From a virus (taxonomy: Duplodnaviria; Heunggongvirae; Uroviricota; Caudoviricetes), in the IMG/VR virus record IMGVR_UViG_3300017971_007904: a stretch of DNA of 53,925 nt. One strand, written 5' to 3'. The notes under the pieces were generated by a model that saw only the letters and a program-made list of their open reading frames with translations, made no database searches and had not been told where the DNA came from. Of the stretch, positions 19,844 to 27,830 are shown piece after piece. Both the position numbers and the translations under genes were made by a program. The stretch's first letter is position 1, and each line of letters starts with the position of its first letter.

Positions 19844-20257
19844 GTGGCTGTGGTAGGGACGCTGAAGATATATGAACGTTTACTTGCTTTTCTCGACGAA
19901 GTTGCCAGCGGAGAAAAGGGCGAAAACGGCATTCCATTGTACACGGCTGACGATGTTATGCGATTCCGACAAATCCTGATCGATATTCTCAAATCGTTGA
20001 AAGTAAGGGACCACGATTACCCATTCGGGCCCGTCTTTGAGGATATGCTCCAGCTTCAAACTTTTGGAGTGCCGCTCCCGGCTACCGGATTGGTGAGATA
20101 TCTTGAAGTTCGCCGTGATTGCTACCATGAAGGCAGGGGTCAGCGTAGGGGTCGTATTGTGGGTGCAACGCCCCAAGTGGGGACTGGTCCACGTCGGAAA
20201 ATAAAGTCCGTTGAAGGTGATGAAACACAGGAACTATGGGTACGAGGGTTCAAATGA
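19844..20257 (+). CDS. Hypothetical protein
   Basis: Coupled ORF. Confidence 0.6.
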   Translation: MAVVGTLKIYERLLAFLDEVASGEKGENGIPLYTADDVMRFRQILIDILKSLKVRDHDYPFGPVFEDMLQLQTFGVPLPATGLVRYLEVRRDCYHEGRGQRRGRIVGATPQVGTGPRRKIKSVEGDETQELWVRGFK

Positions 20258-20466
20258 AGAGAACATTTCGAGGAAAGGTCGCCAAGATTCGTGAAGAGGA
20301 TAGCGGGCGTCGAGTGACCGCTGTCATTCGTGTTGACAACGTCGTGTCCCTTAATTTGACAAGTTGGGCGAGTGACCCGGAAGCACCGCATGCTCATAAA
20401 GAGTTTGATGATCTGTTGCTCAGGGAGGGCGACAAGGTAACCATCAAAGTGGACAAGAAGGGGTGA
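20254..20466 (+). CDS. Hypothetical protein
   Basis: ATGA overlap. Confidence 0.6.
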   Translation: MKRTFRGKVAKIREEDSGRRVTAVIRVDNVVSLNLTSWASDPEAPHAHKEFDDLLLREGDKVTIKVDKKG

Positions 20467-20469
20467 GTT

Positions 20470-20790
20470 ATGACCGAGATCATTACCGATTGGGCGACAT
20501 ACGTTGCTCTATACCTAGTGGTCACCATTTTCATCGGGCCACCAACCATTCGGCGAATGTTGGAAGGTATGACTTTGCCGAATGATTCGTGGACGGGCAA
20601 CCCAATCTATTCGTCGGGTTATATCATCAGTGCTTTCTTTTTGCTCATATCCCCAGTGGTGGTAGTGGGTTATTGGGTTCTCTACAAGTTGATTGGATAC
20701 TGTATCATCTATAAGCTGTTGGTTGTCGTTTTCCTTCGGCCCTTCATCGAGTCAGCGATGCCCGACCATTTGAAATTTCCAGAGGAGTGA
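20470..20790 (+). CDS. Membrane protein, tandem paralog 1 of 5
   Basis: DWATYVALYL...PPTIRRM...ISPVVVVGYWV. Confidence 0.75.
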   Translation: MTEIITDWATYVALYLVVTIFIGPPTIRRMLEGMTLPNDSWTGNPIYSSGYIISAFFLLISPVVVVGYWVLYKLIGYCIIYKLLVVVFLRPFIESAMPDHLKFPEE

Positions 20791-20793
20791 ATC

Positions 20794-21150
20794 ATGAACT
20801 GGACTGAAATGCTTAGCGATTGGAAAACGTGGGCTACGGTCTATCTATTGATTCTGGTTTTCCCGACGCCGCCCACGGTGCGACACATCACTAGGAATTG
20901 GAAACCTGTGACAACCTGTGGCGAACCGGATCGCTTTGACCTGGGGCTTCTACACGCAACGTCGTTCTGTATGATGATTTTTGGACCATTCACGATCATC
21001 ATCTATTGGGTGTTCTGGGTGTTTTTATGTCGTTTTGTTTTTGGGAAAGGATTAGGCTTAGGCGCTTTCGGTTGCTTGAACATCGCCGAAATTGGTCTTC
21101 CAAAGCAAGCATGGTATCCGGAAAGGAGAAAGGAAGATGAACTGGACTGA
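20794..21150 (+). CDS. Membrane protein, tandem paralog 2 of 5
   Basis: MNWTEMLSDWKTW...PPTVRHI...FGPFTIIIYWV. Confidence 0.75.
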   Translation: MNWTEMLSDWKTWATVYLLILVFPTPPTVRHITRNWKPVTTCGEPDRFDLGLLHATSFCMMIFGPFTIIIYWVFWVFLCRFVFGKGLGLGAFGCLNIAEIGLPKQAWYPERRKEDELD

Positions 21151-21475
21151 AATTGCTGTCGATTGGAAGACATGGGTTGCGGTCTATTTGTTGATCCTGG
21201 TCATTCCAACACCGCCGACAATTCGGCGGATGACTAAGAATTGGAAGGTCACGACGTGGCTTTCGGGTCCGGACATGGTAGACATTGTTGGGCATCACAT
21301 TGCCGTGCTCCTCATGCTCCTTCTTGGTCCGGTTACTATCTTCATATACTGGGTAGTCTATCGGGTGTGCATACGAGGTACGGGGTGTCTCGGCCTTGGA
21401 TACATTCTTGGGTACATCCTTGGAAACCTACTTCCCGAAACAAGCCGGTGGCCAAGTAGGAGGGAGAAGAAATGA
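21137..21475 (+). CDS. Membrane protein, tandem paralog 3 of 5
   Basis: MNWTEIAVDWKTW...PPTIRRM...LGPVTIFIYWV. Confidence 0.75.
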   Translation: MNWTEIAVDWKTWVAVYLLILVIPTPPTIRRMTKNWKVTTWLSGPDMVDIVGHHIAVLLMLLLGPVTIFIYWVVYRVCIRGTGCLGLGYILGYILGNLLPETSRWPSRREKK

Positions 21476-21798
21476 ACTGGACCGAAATCTGGAGTGATCC
21501 CACCACGTATATCATGCTCTACGTGCTTTCGGTTGTTATCGGAATACCGACATTACGGCGCATGTGGAGTAACGTGAAGGCTTATAGCACTGAGGACATC
21601 GTCACGTTTTACATTATCGGTGTTCTTCTTGTGCTGGTCAGCCCGATCACAATTGTTGCCTATTGGCTCGTTTGGAAACTATTGTTGTATAGTATTTTCT
21701 ACCGAGTCCTGTTCTGTTTTGGCCTTTACCGCCTTGGTAACTTGATAATGCCCGAACAGATTCGTGCAGGGTGGAAACAGAGAATAAGGGAGGATTGA
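21472..21798 (+). CDS. Membrane protein, tandem paralog 4 of 5
   Basis: MNWTEIWSDPTTY...IPTLRRM...VSPITIVAYWL. Confidence 0.75.
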   Translation: MNWTEIWSDPTTYIMLYVLSVVIGIPTLRRMWSNVKAYSTEDIVTFYIIGVLLVLVSPITIVAYWLVWKLLLYSIFYRVLFCFGLYRLGNLIMPEQIRAGWKQRIRED

Positions 21799-21799
21799 G

Positions 21800-22144
21800 A
21801 TGGACTGGTCGCAGCTTTGCCGTTACCTACCGGACGATGTAGCTTCATACATTCTGCTGTACGTGGTCTCGCTGATGATCGGTATACCGACCGTGCGGAA
21901 GATCACCAAGGACTGGGATGTGCCTAGGTATGCTACCGATCTCATCGTAATCTGTTACATCGTTATTTTTCTCGCTATCATCCTGAGCCCGGTAACCATT
22001 CTTCTTTACTGGGTACTTTGGAAGGTCGTGCTTTACGGCATCCTCTACCGCTTCCTTTTCAGAATTGTGATTGTAAAGACAGCGGACCTGTCTGCACCCG
22101 ATACAGTTCGTGAAGTGTACCAAGAAACGATGAAGAAGGAATAA
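21800..22144 (+). CDS. Membrane protein, tandem paralog 5 of 5
   Basis: MDWSQL...IPTVRKI...LSPVTILLYWV. Confidence 0.75.
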   Translation: MDWSQLCRYLPDDVASYILLYVVSLMIGIPTVRKITKDWDVPRYATDLIVICYIVIFLAIILSPVTILLYWVLWKVVLYGILYRFLFRIVIVKTADLSAPDTVREVYQETMKKE

Positions 22145-22150
22145 CAAAAA

Positions 22151-22477
22151 GGCCGAGTGGCGAAACAGGCAAACGCTCAAACAAAGAATAGAGTGATGCA
22201 CGATCTGATCCACAGATTGTTGCGGGTTTGAGCCCCGCACACACCCCCGCAGGGTCAATAGCGGTGTGTTTGGCAGAACGTGGCTCTGGTACTTAGCACC
22301 TACCATCCACGGTGGCGCACGCTCCAGGGCGTGTTAACGGCGTCCAAAGCCAGCCATGAAAATTGCGGTCACGACGATCTCTAAAAGGCTTGTGAAAGGG
22401 CTGGATCGTTTGACGTAATTCACGTTTGTGTTGTTCCCCATAGGAACAACTTGCAGGTTCGAGTCCTGCCTCGGTCA
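22151..22477 (+). ncRNA. tRNA-Leu-like scaffold with a 241-nt structured insertion replacing the anticodon loop
   Basis: Acceptor ggccgag/ctcggtc plus A73; D-arm gcg/cgc; anticodon stem caaac (22178-82)/gtttg (22424-28); long variable arm gttgttcc/ggaacaac; T-arm gcagg-ttcgagt-cctgc. Confidence 0.7.
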
Positions 22478-22487
22478 CTGAAAGACT

Positions 22488-22772
22488 ATGGACCTCCCCC
22501 TCCAACCTGGATCAAGGCCATGCATCCACTGTGGCTTTTGTTGCCGCCAAGCCTCTTGTGGCTTTGCCAAATGGGACGAAGCCAAGCACCAATGCAGCGC
22601 CCTGACAGAAAGGGATGGCCGATTCTACTGTAGTGCTTACGACAGAATCAAACAACAACTTGGGTGGGAAATCTCTCCAGCATTCGGGGCTGGGTGCTGC
22701 TCACCGTTGAATGGTGATAGAAAACAACTTCAAGAGAGGGAAAGGAATGGACCCCGAACAGAAGAGGCTTAG
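22488..22772 (+). CDS. Small Cys-rich protein, YkgJ/CxxxCxxCC-like
   Basis: CIHCGFCC...C...CSAL...CSAY...CC. Confidence 0.6.
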   Translation: MDLPLQPGSRPCIHCGFCCRQASCGFAKWDEAKHQCSALTERDGRFYCSAYDRIKQQLGWEISPAFGAGCCSPLNGDRKQLQERERNGPRTEEA

Positions 22773-23190
22773 AAAACGGTTCGCCGGTAAGGAGTTTGTC
22801 GGCATTTGCGAAAAGAAACATCGCCGAATAGTACGGATTGCTATTCAAGACTACTCATACAAGGGTGGGAAGAAGATCGGCATTGGCCTGATCGATACGG
22901 TTGTTCAAATTATGCAGCAGTATCGAGTACAGAATAACATCAAATTCAACGCCAACTTCCAAAACCCGATCATCGTCGATTTGGACGAGCGAGTAATTGC
23001 CACTGGTGGTGACAAGAACGTCGGGCATCAACGAGCTTGTTTCCAGGCGCTGTGTAGGGCACGAGCCGATAACGATAAGTTGACTGTCTGGGTTTGGTTC
23101 GAGGGCGATTTCCCGAAGATGTTCGGTGAGATGTATGCCCTCGACGCAGAGGGCAAGGTCGAGAGCGTTTGGATTCCGGAGGGTGAGTAA
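22747..23190 (+). CDS. Hypothetical protein
   Basis: AAGGA SD before ATG 22747. Confidence 0.6.
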   Translation: MDPEQKRLRKRFAGKEFVGICEKKHRRIVRIAIQDYSYKGGKKIGIGLIDTVVQIMQQYRVQNNIKFNANFQNPIIVDLDERVIATGGDKNVGHQRACFQALCRARADNDKLTVWVWFEGDFPKMFGEMYALDAEGKVESVWIPEGE

Positions 23191-23886
23191 ATGACAACGA
23201 GCAGGGACTGGTTTCTGGTGGGGTTCCATACGTGGGGTCTGGCTGATGGCCACACTGATATCCACCTTTCGGATCGACTAGACCTTGATGAGCCAACTTA
23301 CCGCCCGCCGTGCGGTGCCAAATTAGAACCCCGACCGGTCAAGCCGTCGCAACTTCGCTACTGCACCATCGACAACTGCGACATCCGACGAGGTCATGGT
23401 GAGGGGACACTGACTATTGACGGGCGCAAGTTCGAGGTAACAAACGCTTGGGGCGGTCTTTGTGCTAAAGACTACAAAGAATGCCTCCTCTATACCGTCC
23501 GACTAAGGGGGTTGGATAAAGAGTGGTGGATGGGGTTGATGAAGCGAATCATCGTCGACGAAGGTGGTTGGGTCGAGAAGGATATGACCGTTGATGAATG
23601 GTTGAAAGAGATCGTCGTCTGCCAAACCTTAGAGGACTACGAAGCAAAACTCGTTCAGGAAGCCGAAGCTTGGAATAGCCGAGTTAGAGAGTCGATGAAG
23701 AAAATGGCGGGGATGAGCGAAGAATTGTTCCAACAACTTGATGAGCATCACACTCCAGAAGGTCGAGATAGGCGACTTGCGGACTTGCAAAAGAAGCGAG
23801 AGGAGGGGAAGCTCATCCATTATGAAAAGTTCCTCTCTTCTCTCCCCGAACTCGAACCGTGGGACCCGAATGAAGAGGAAGACTGA
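23191..23886 (+). CDS. Hypothetical protein
   Basis: 231-aa coupled ORF. Confidence 0.7.
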   Translation: MTTSRDWFLVGFHTWGLADGHTDIHLSDRLDLDEPTYRPPCGAKLEPRPVKPSQLRYCTIDNCDIRRGHGEGTLTIDGRKFEVTNAWGGLCAKDYKECLLYTVRLRGLDKEWWMGLMKRIIVDEGGWVEKDMTVDEWLKEIVVCQTLEDYEAKLVQEAEAWNSRVRESMKKMAGMSEELFQQLDEHHTPEGRDRRLADLQKKREEGKLIHYEKFLSSLPELEPWDPNEEED

Positions 23887-24181
23887 TGGAGTATTGGATT
23901 ACTCCGACCAAACAGAAGTATTTGCTTTTGGGATCAGGCATCGGGATGTGAACTCAGGCAGCAAACGTGACTATTGGATCAATATGTTACTTCGAGGAAA
24001 GAGAATTGAGTTCGTAGAGTTTGGTTTGTGGGATATAGTGTATAATTTCTTGTGCGATACATGCGTTGCACGCCAAGTCAATGCTCTAGCACACGATTCT
24101 GATGTTCATATCGAAGCTGTAATAGAAAAGGGCGAGGTGAAGAAGGCTTACATTATTATTGACATGATAAAAGAAACTTAA
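23870..24181 (+). CDS. Hypothetical protein
   Basis: Overlapping ORF. Confidence 0.5.
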   Translation: MKRKTDGVLDYSDQTEVFAFGIRHRDVNSGSKRDYWINMLLRGKRIEFVEFGLWDIVYNFLCDTCVARQVNALAHDSDVHIEAVIEKGEVKKAYIIIDMIKET

Positions 24182-24203
24182 ACACACTTTCGGAGGTGCT
24201 CTT

Positions 24204-24401
24204 ATGTTTGACATTATGTTACTCAGCCGACATCTTGCCGAAGCAAGAAAAGAGATCACATTGAATGATCTCACAACAAGCCAATGGCATCGGGTTTGCA
24301 ACCGCTTCCTGAACTGTCTGCATAAACAAGGGGTTGTCAAACCAGACGACTGGGACATTTTTATGGCACAAGCCTGTGGTTGTCTTGATTGTGATGTGTA
24401 A
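24204..24401 (+). CDS. Hypothetical protein
   Basis: GGAGGT SD. Confidence 0.6.
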   Translation: MFDIMLLSRHLAEARKEITLNDLTTSQWHRVCNRFLNCLHKQGVVKPDDWDIFMAQACGCLDCDV

Positions 24402-24424
24402 CCTAGTAGGTAAACGGGTGAAAG

Positions 24425-24646
24425 GTGAACCCCTACCAAAGCCCTCAACATGTCGATCCGCCGAAGAGCCGGAATGAAGTCTGGCGGTTCTTACTTGCTT
24501 CATTTCCTTACTTCGTCTTCATTACATGGGCACCTGTCCTCACAAGTTGGATGTATCCCCCTTGGTGGATATGGGTAAACTTTGGTATCACACAGTTTTT
24601 CAGCATTGTGATTGTTGCTGTTGTAGTCCGGTGGCTTAATGAGTGA
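24425..24646 (+). CDS. Small membrane protein with NPYxSP N-terminus
   Basis: MNPYQSPQHVDPP followed by two hydrophobic helices. Confidence 0.7.
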   Translation: MNPYQSPQHVDPPKSRNEVWRFLLASFPYFVFITWAPVLTSWMYPPWWIWVNFGITQFFSIVIVAVVVRWLNE

Positions 24647-24917
24647 AAACCCCTATGAATCGCCGAAGCATGTCGATCCAACCACTCCCTTCTGGAAACG
24701 GGACTGGTTCGTCATCCCGACGAGTTTCATCGGTGGTGCCACCTTCAGTCTCTGGCCGATGGCTTGGCTGATCGCTGGATTCAAGATGGCTGAGTTGTCC
24801 ATGTTTAGCACGTATTCGATCTGGTGGTACAGCAGTTTCGTTCTCATGGCATCGTTGACTCTTGTACTGCTGGCCGTGAAAGCTAGGCGTGAAACAAAAT
24901 CCCGACCGAAGGAATAG
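24639..24917 (+). CDS. Small membrane protein with NPYxSP N-terminus
   Basis: MSENPYESPKHVDP followed by two hydrophobic helices. Confidence 0.7.
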   Translation: MSENPYESPKHVDPTTPFWKRDWFVIPTSFIGGATFSLWPMAWLIAGFKMAELSMFSTYSIWWYSSFVLMASLTLVLLAVKARRETKSRPKE

Positions 24918-24934
24918 ATACAGCAAGGAGGCAC

Positions 24935-25342
24935 ATGTTCAAGAAATGGTTGGAACTAAACGAGGTCGCCGCTAGAGGTTGGTCGATTGAAACCCTAGAT
25001 CAGAACTCTCCTTACTTTACATCGACACCTTGGAGACCACCATGGGCCAGGAATAAACCTCGCCCGCCCGGTATCGTCCAAGGAATCAGGTTTGACCAAC
25101 TACCACCAAGGCTCCAACAGGCCGTTCAGTATGGTTCATATGGAGACCAAGCGCAACAATTCACCTCCTTTGGCTTGCAATATGAGCGAAACCCGCAAGA
25201 CTACCAAGATTATCTGACAGACGTGCATGCTCTCGACGCCAATGGAAGGCCAGTTCACAGCATTGTGGGCCAAGCCGAAATCGGCCAGTTACACGACGAG
25301 CTACGCAGCCACTTCCTCAAGGGTTTTGAAGTCGCTCAGTGA
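24935..25342 (+). CDS. Hypothetical protein with capsid-targeting-like N-terminus
   Basis: MFKKWLELNE; TAGATA at 24915-20; AAGGAGG SD. Confidence 0.75.
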   Translation: MFKKWLELNEVAARGWSIETLDQNSPYFTSTPWRPPWARNKPRPPGIVQGIRFDQLPPRLQQAVQYGSYGDQAQQFTSFGLQYERNPQDYQDYLTDVHALDANGRPVHSIVGQAEIGQLHDELRSHFLKGFEVAQ

Positions 25343-26964
25343 CCCTGTATGTGCCGCAACCGACCCTTCCATGCTGTCACATCGGCTTGAAACTCCTTAG
25401 CAAATCGCACCATATAGCCATCCTCCTTCCATCCAGATAGATGGGTGAAGATTACCGGCCACTTCCCATCAATGAATATCTCTCCATTACGGTCCTCCCG
25501 TTCGTTCCTATGCCTATTCCAACATGCCACATTGCAGCCCTTGTGCTCGACGACCTTGCACGCATCCGGAAAGGCGAGTGGCACGTAGTCAAGATACTTC
25601 TGATCTACGAAAAGGTGGGTCTTCCTATCCTTCTCACAACGCCAGCCACATGCATCTATCCAGTAGTCAAGCGGCGCATGGCCTTTCTCGCTAACACCTA
25701 TAAAGCCAGCATTGAAGTAACCATCTTCCAGTTGGTTGCGAAACCCGACTATCTCCTCGATGCCTTCGAGTGGGTGAAGGGCTCGCCAGTGAGGTGTAAG
25801 CAGCATGCCGTTCTCAGATAGATCGTCGAATAGGAAGTCAAACGGTTTGACGAAATAGATGTCATTGTCAACATAGATGATCCTTTTGTAGCCAACCTTC
25901 AAGAACTCTTTGAGACAATATGGTTTTAGCCGCCAACGCAAGCAGTCTATGTCGTCACTCTTCAGGACCAAATCCTGTACGAGCGAAGGCTTTTCAAAGA
26001 TGTCCTGAACTGATGCCACACGGATATTGTTCATGCCTCGAATCTTCTTCCGAACATGCTCAGGCGGCAATGTATCGTCACAACAAAGAATCCAGTAGTC
26101 ACACCCATCACCAAACCGTTGCATTGATCGAATTGTAGCAAGACTCTCTGCTATGTGGTAGTTGGACATGATCGTGAAAGCGCACTTGTCAAACGAATCA
26201 ACGTCTGGTAGCTCTACAGGAGGAACACTCAAAGCTTCCAGCACTTTATCACCCACATAGTGTACCAACTGTCGCATACGTTTAGGTGATTTCAGATAAC
26301 GCCTTTTGTCTGATTGGGCGAGAGTGGTGATCACGTTTCCATAATTGGTAATTCTTCTGCGTGCCGGAATCGTATTCATTTTTATGAGAGGCGGCTTCAA
26401 AACAAGCTGTTTGACCCCTAGGAAATTTTGAACTCGTGCCAGAGTCTCAGTGAACCGATGATTTAACTCCTCGTAAGTAATATGCAACATCGGCAAGTGG
26501 TGGAACCAAACCACCATCTCTTTCTCTCTTTGTTCCCACTCATCAATCGTGTGTAACATGTTGGGCACATAGATACTGAATCGTACTTGATCTAACTCCC
26601 GTTTCTTTTCTTGATCGCCGTTCCATATTTCCCAAGTCTGGCTTTCCGTCGCCAATTTCTGTGATATGTACTGCTCGAACTTGTTGAGCCTTGCAAGTGA
26701 AATCACTTTGATGTCTTGCTGCCTGAGGTATGACCATGTTGGGTTGTTGTACGATATCTGACCGGTACGCATTATCTTGAACCCATTATGCTGTTTCCAC
26801 ACACCCTCCAAGTACTCCGAATAGTCCGCATGTACATCTTTGGGTGGCGGGCGGTTCTCCCATTGCAATGGCTCTGGTGCGAGGCTAATATCCGGGTGCA
26901 TATCGAGGGTTCGCTTCAAAAGCGTGCTCCCCGTCCGCCAATCAGCCAATAACAAGAATCTCAT
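25336..26964 (-). CDS. Sulfotransferase (Stf0-like)-glycosyltransferase fusion
   Basis: N-terminal RTGSTLL...ITYEEL; C-terminal KPY...IIYVDNDIYF...FNAGF...DQKYLD; start MRFLLL at 26964, 5 nt after TAGATA. Confidence 0.85.
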   Translation of the reverse strand: MRFLLLADWRTGSTLLKRTLDMHPDISLAPEPLQWENRPPPKDVHADYSEYLEGVWKQHNGFKIMRTGQISYNNPTWSYLRQQDIKVISLARLNKFEQYISQKLATESQTWEIWNGDQEKKRELDQVRFSIYVPNMLHTIDEWEQREKEMVVWFHHLPMLHITYEELNHRFTETLARVQNFLGVKQLVLKPPLIKMNTIPARRRITNYGNVITTLAQSDKRRYLKSPKRMRQLVHYVGDKVLEALSVPPVELPDVDSFDKCAFTIMSNYHIAESLATIRSMQRFGDGCDYWILCCDDTLPPEHVRKKIRGMNNIRVASVQDIFEKPSLVQDLVLKSDDIDCLRWRLKPYCLKEFLKVGYKRIIYVDNDIYFVKPFDFLFDDLSENGMLLTPHWRALHPLEGIEEIVGFRNQLEDGYFNAGFIGVSEKGHAPLDYWIDACGWRCEKDRKTHLFVDQKYLDYVPLAFPDACKVVEHKGCNVACWNRHRNEREDRNGEIFIDGKWPVIFTHLSGWKEDGYMVRFAKEFQADVTAWKGRLRHIQGH

Positions 26965-27091
26965 GCCATTATCTAGTAAATCGATCTTGACATGAGAGGC
27001 GAAATGAAGGAAACTGACAGTTGTCTTAAAATCGCAGGGAGAACGCCGGTTGCCCCACCAACGGGGGATCGGGAATAATTTTTGGAAATCG

Positions 27092-27124
27092 ACCGAACAT
27101 TTGAGGACCCAGGAGCGTCTATTC
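27092..27124 (+). promoter_or_regulatory. Bipartite ECF-sigma-like promoter candidate upstream of the tRNA-array leader
   Basis: ACCGAACATTT-N12-GCGTCTATTC, shared with the TROVE upstream region. Confidence 0.5.
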
Positions 27125-27169
27125 ATATACTGGCAGACAGTGGAAGATCATTGAGTCAGCAACTTTTGC

Positions 27170-27197
27170 TAAAGAAACCACTGTGAGATGCCGATAT
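27170..27197 (+). promoter_or_regulatory. Sigma-28-like promoter candidate upstream of the leader peptide
   Basis: TAAAGAAA-N12-GCCGATAT. Confidence 0.55.
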
Positions 27198-27229
27198 AAG
27201 GATAAGACTCCTTAACTAAGGCAAGAGCG

Positions 27230-27337
27230 ATGAGACGCCGAATACACAAACACGAACCCATTACCAAGCCAGCACAGGGTTGCCATGAGCAACCGGTCGT
27301 GGCCCGTACATGGGATAATGAGGCCACGTCGCCCTGA
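27230..27337 (+). CDS. Putative attenuator leader peptide MRRRIHKHEPITKPAQGCHEQPVVARTWDNEATSP (35 aa)
   Basis: TAAGG SD 8 nt upstream; stop codon lies inside attenuator segment 1; 31 distinct codons in 35. Confidence 0.7.
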   Translation: MRRRIHKHEPITKPAQGCHEQPVVARTWDNEATSP

Positions 27338-27416
27338 CGCCATTTATATAGGCTCAGGGCAAGTACCTGAGCCAGAGGACAAACCCCGGTTCAGGTAACT
27401 GAACCGGGGTTTTTTC
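27331..27416 (+). promoter_or_regulatory. Transcription attenuator with mutually exclusive hairpins
   Basis: 1:2 gccctga/tcagggc; 2:3 ggctcagg/cctgagcc; 3:4 cctgagcc/ggttcagg (antiterminator); terminator aaaccccggttcag-gtaa-ctgaaccggggtttttt. Confidence 0.75.
27381..27416 (+). terminator. Rho-independent terminator of the attenuator
   Basis: 14-bp stem, GUAA loop, U-tract. Confidence 0.9.
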
Positions 27417-27445
27417 GTTGGTATGAAGGAGAAAGAAACACAACA

Positions 27446-27460
27446 GATCATTGACAATTT
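27446..27460 (+). promoter_or_regulatory. boxA-like antitermination element
   Basis: gatcattgacaattt versus E. coli rrn boxA tgctctttaacaattt; no -10 box at promoter spacing. Confidence 0.5.
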
Positions 27461-27469
27461 GATACGTAT

Positions 27470-27541
27470 GGTGGCTATGGTGTAGAGGTAGCACGCTTGA
27501 CTGTGGATCAGGCAGCACGGGTTCGACTCCCGTTAGTCACC
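27470..27541 (+). tRNA. tRNA-His(GUG)
   Basis: Cloverleaf; encoded G-1; C73. Confidence 0.93.
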
Positions 27542-27545
27542 CCTA

Positions 27546-27738
27546 GCCGGTTTTCTCGCCTCGGCGGGATCAGGGGCCAATCGAGCATTCCACCGGCGAA
27601 ATACACTAGCTCCTAGGAGATACACGTAATCCTTGGTCACGATCTCGTGTGTCCCGAGTGATCGCAGCTTTGGATTTTTGAGGGCCGGGCCCGAGAAAGT
27701 CTAGCCACCTCTTTGCTGCGGAGCAGAAAAGAGGTGGC
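27546..27738 (+). ncRNA. Unassigned structured RNA between tRNA-His and tRNA-Ile
   Basis: Consecutive hairpins: gccgg/ccggc, gatacacg/cgtgtgtc, ggatttt/aaagtct, gccacctcttt/aaagaggtggc. Confidence 0.4.
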
Positions 27739-27744
27739 GGGTGG

Positions 27745-27817
27745 CCTACGGTAACTCAGTTGGAAGAGTGGCAGTCTGATATACTGCTGGTCGCTGGTTC
27801 AAGTCCAGCCCGTAGGA
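27745..27817 (+). tRNA. tRNA-Ile(GAU)
   Basis: Cloverleaf, cctacgg/ccgtagg acceptor. Confidence 0.9.
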
Positions 27818-27830
27818 CTTGGAGGAAAGA

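Noticed and set aside
22151-22477. tmRNA or group I intron assignment for the interrupted tRNA
   Set aside because: Acceptor has C3-G70 rather than G3-U70, a true D-stem and Leu-type variable arm are present, there is no convincing tag ORF, and no P/Q/R/S motifs or splice junctions restore a 7-nt loop
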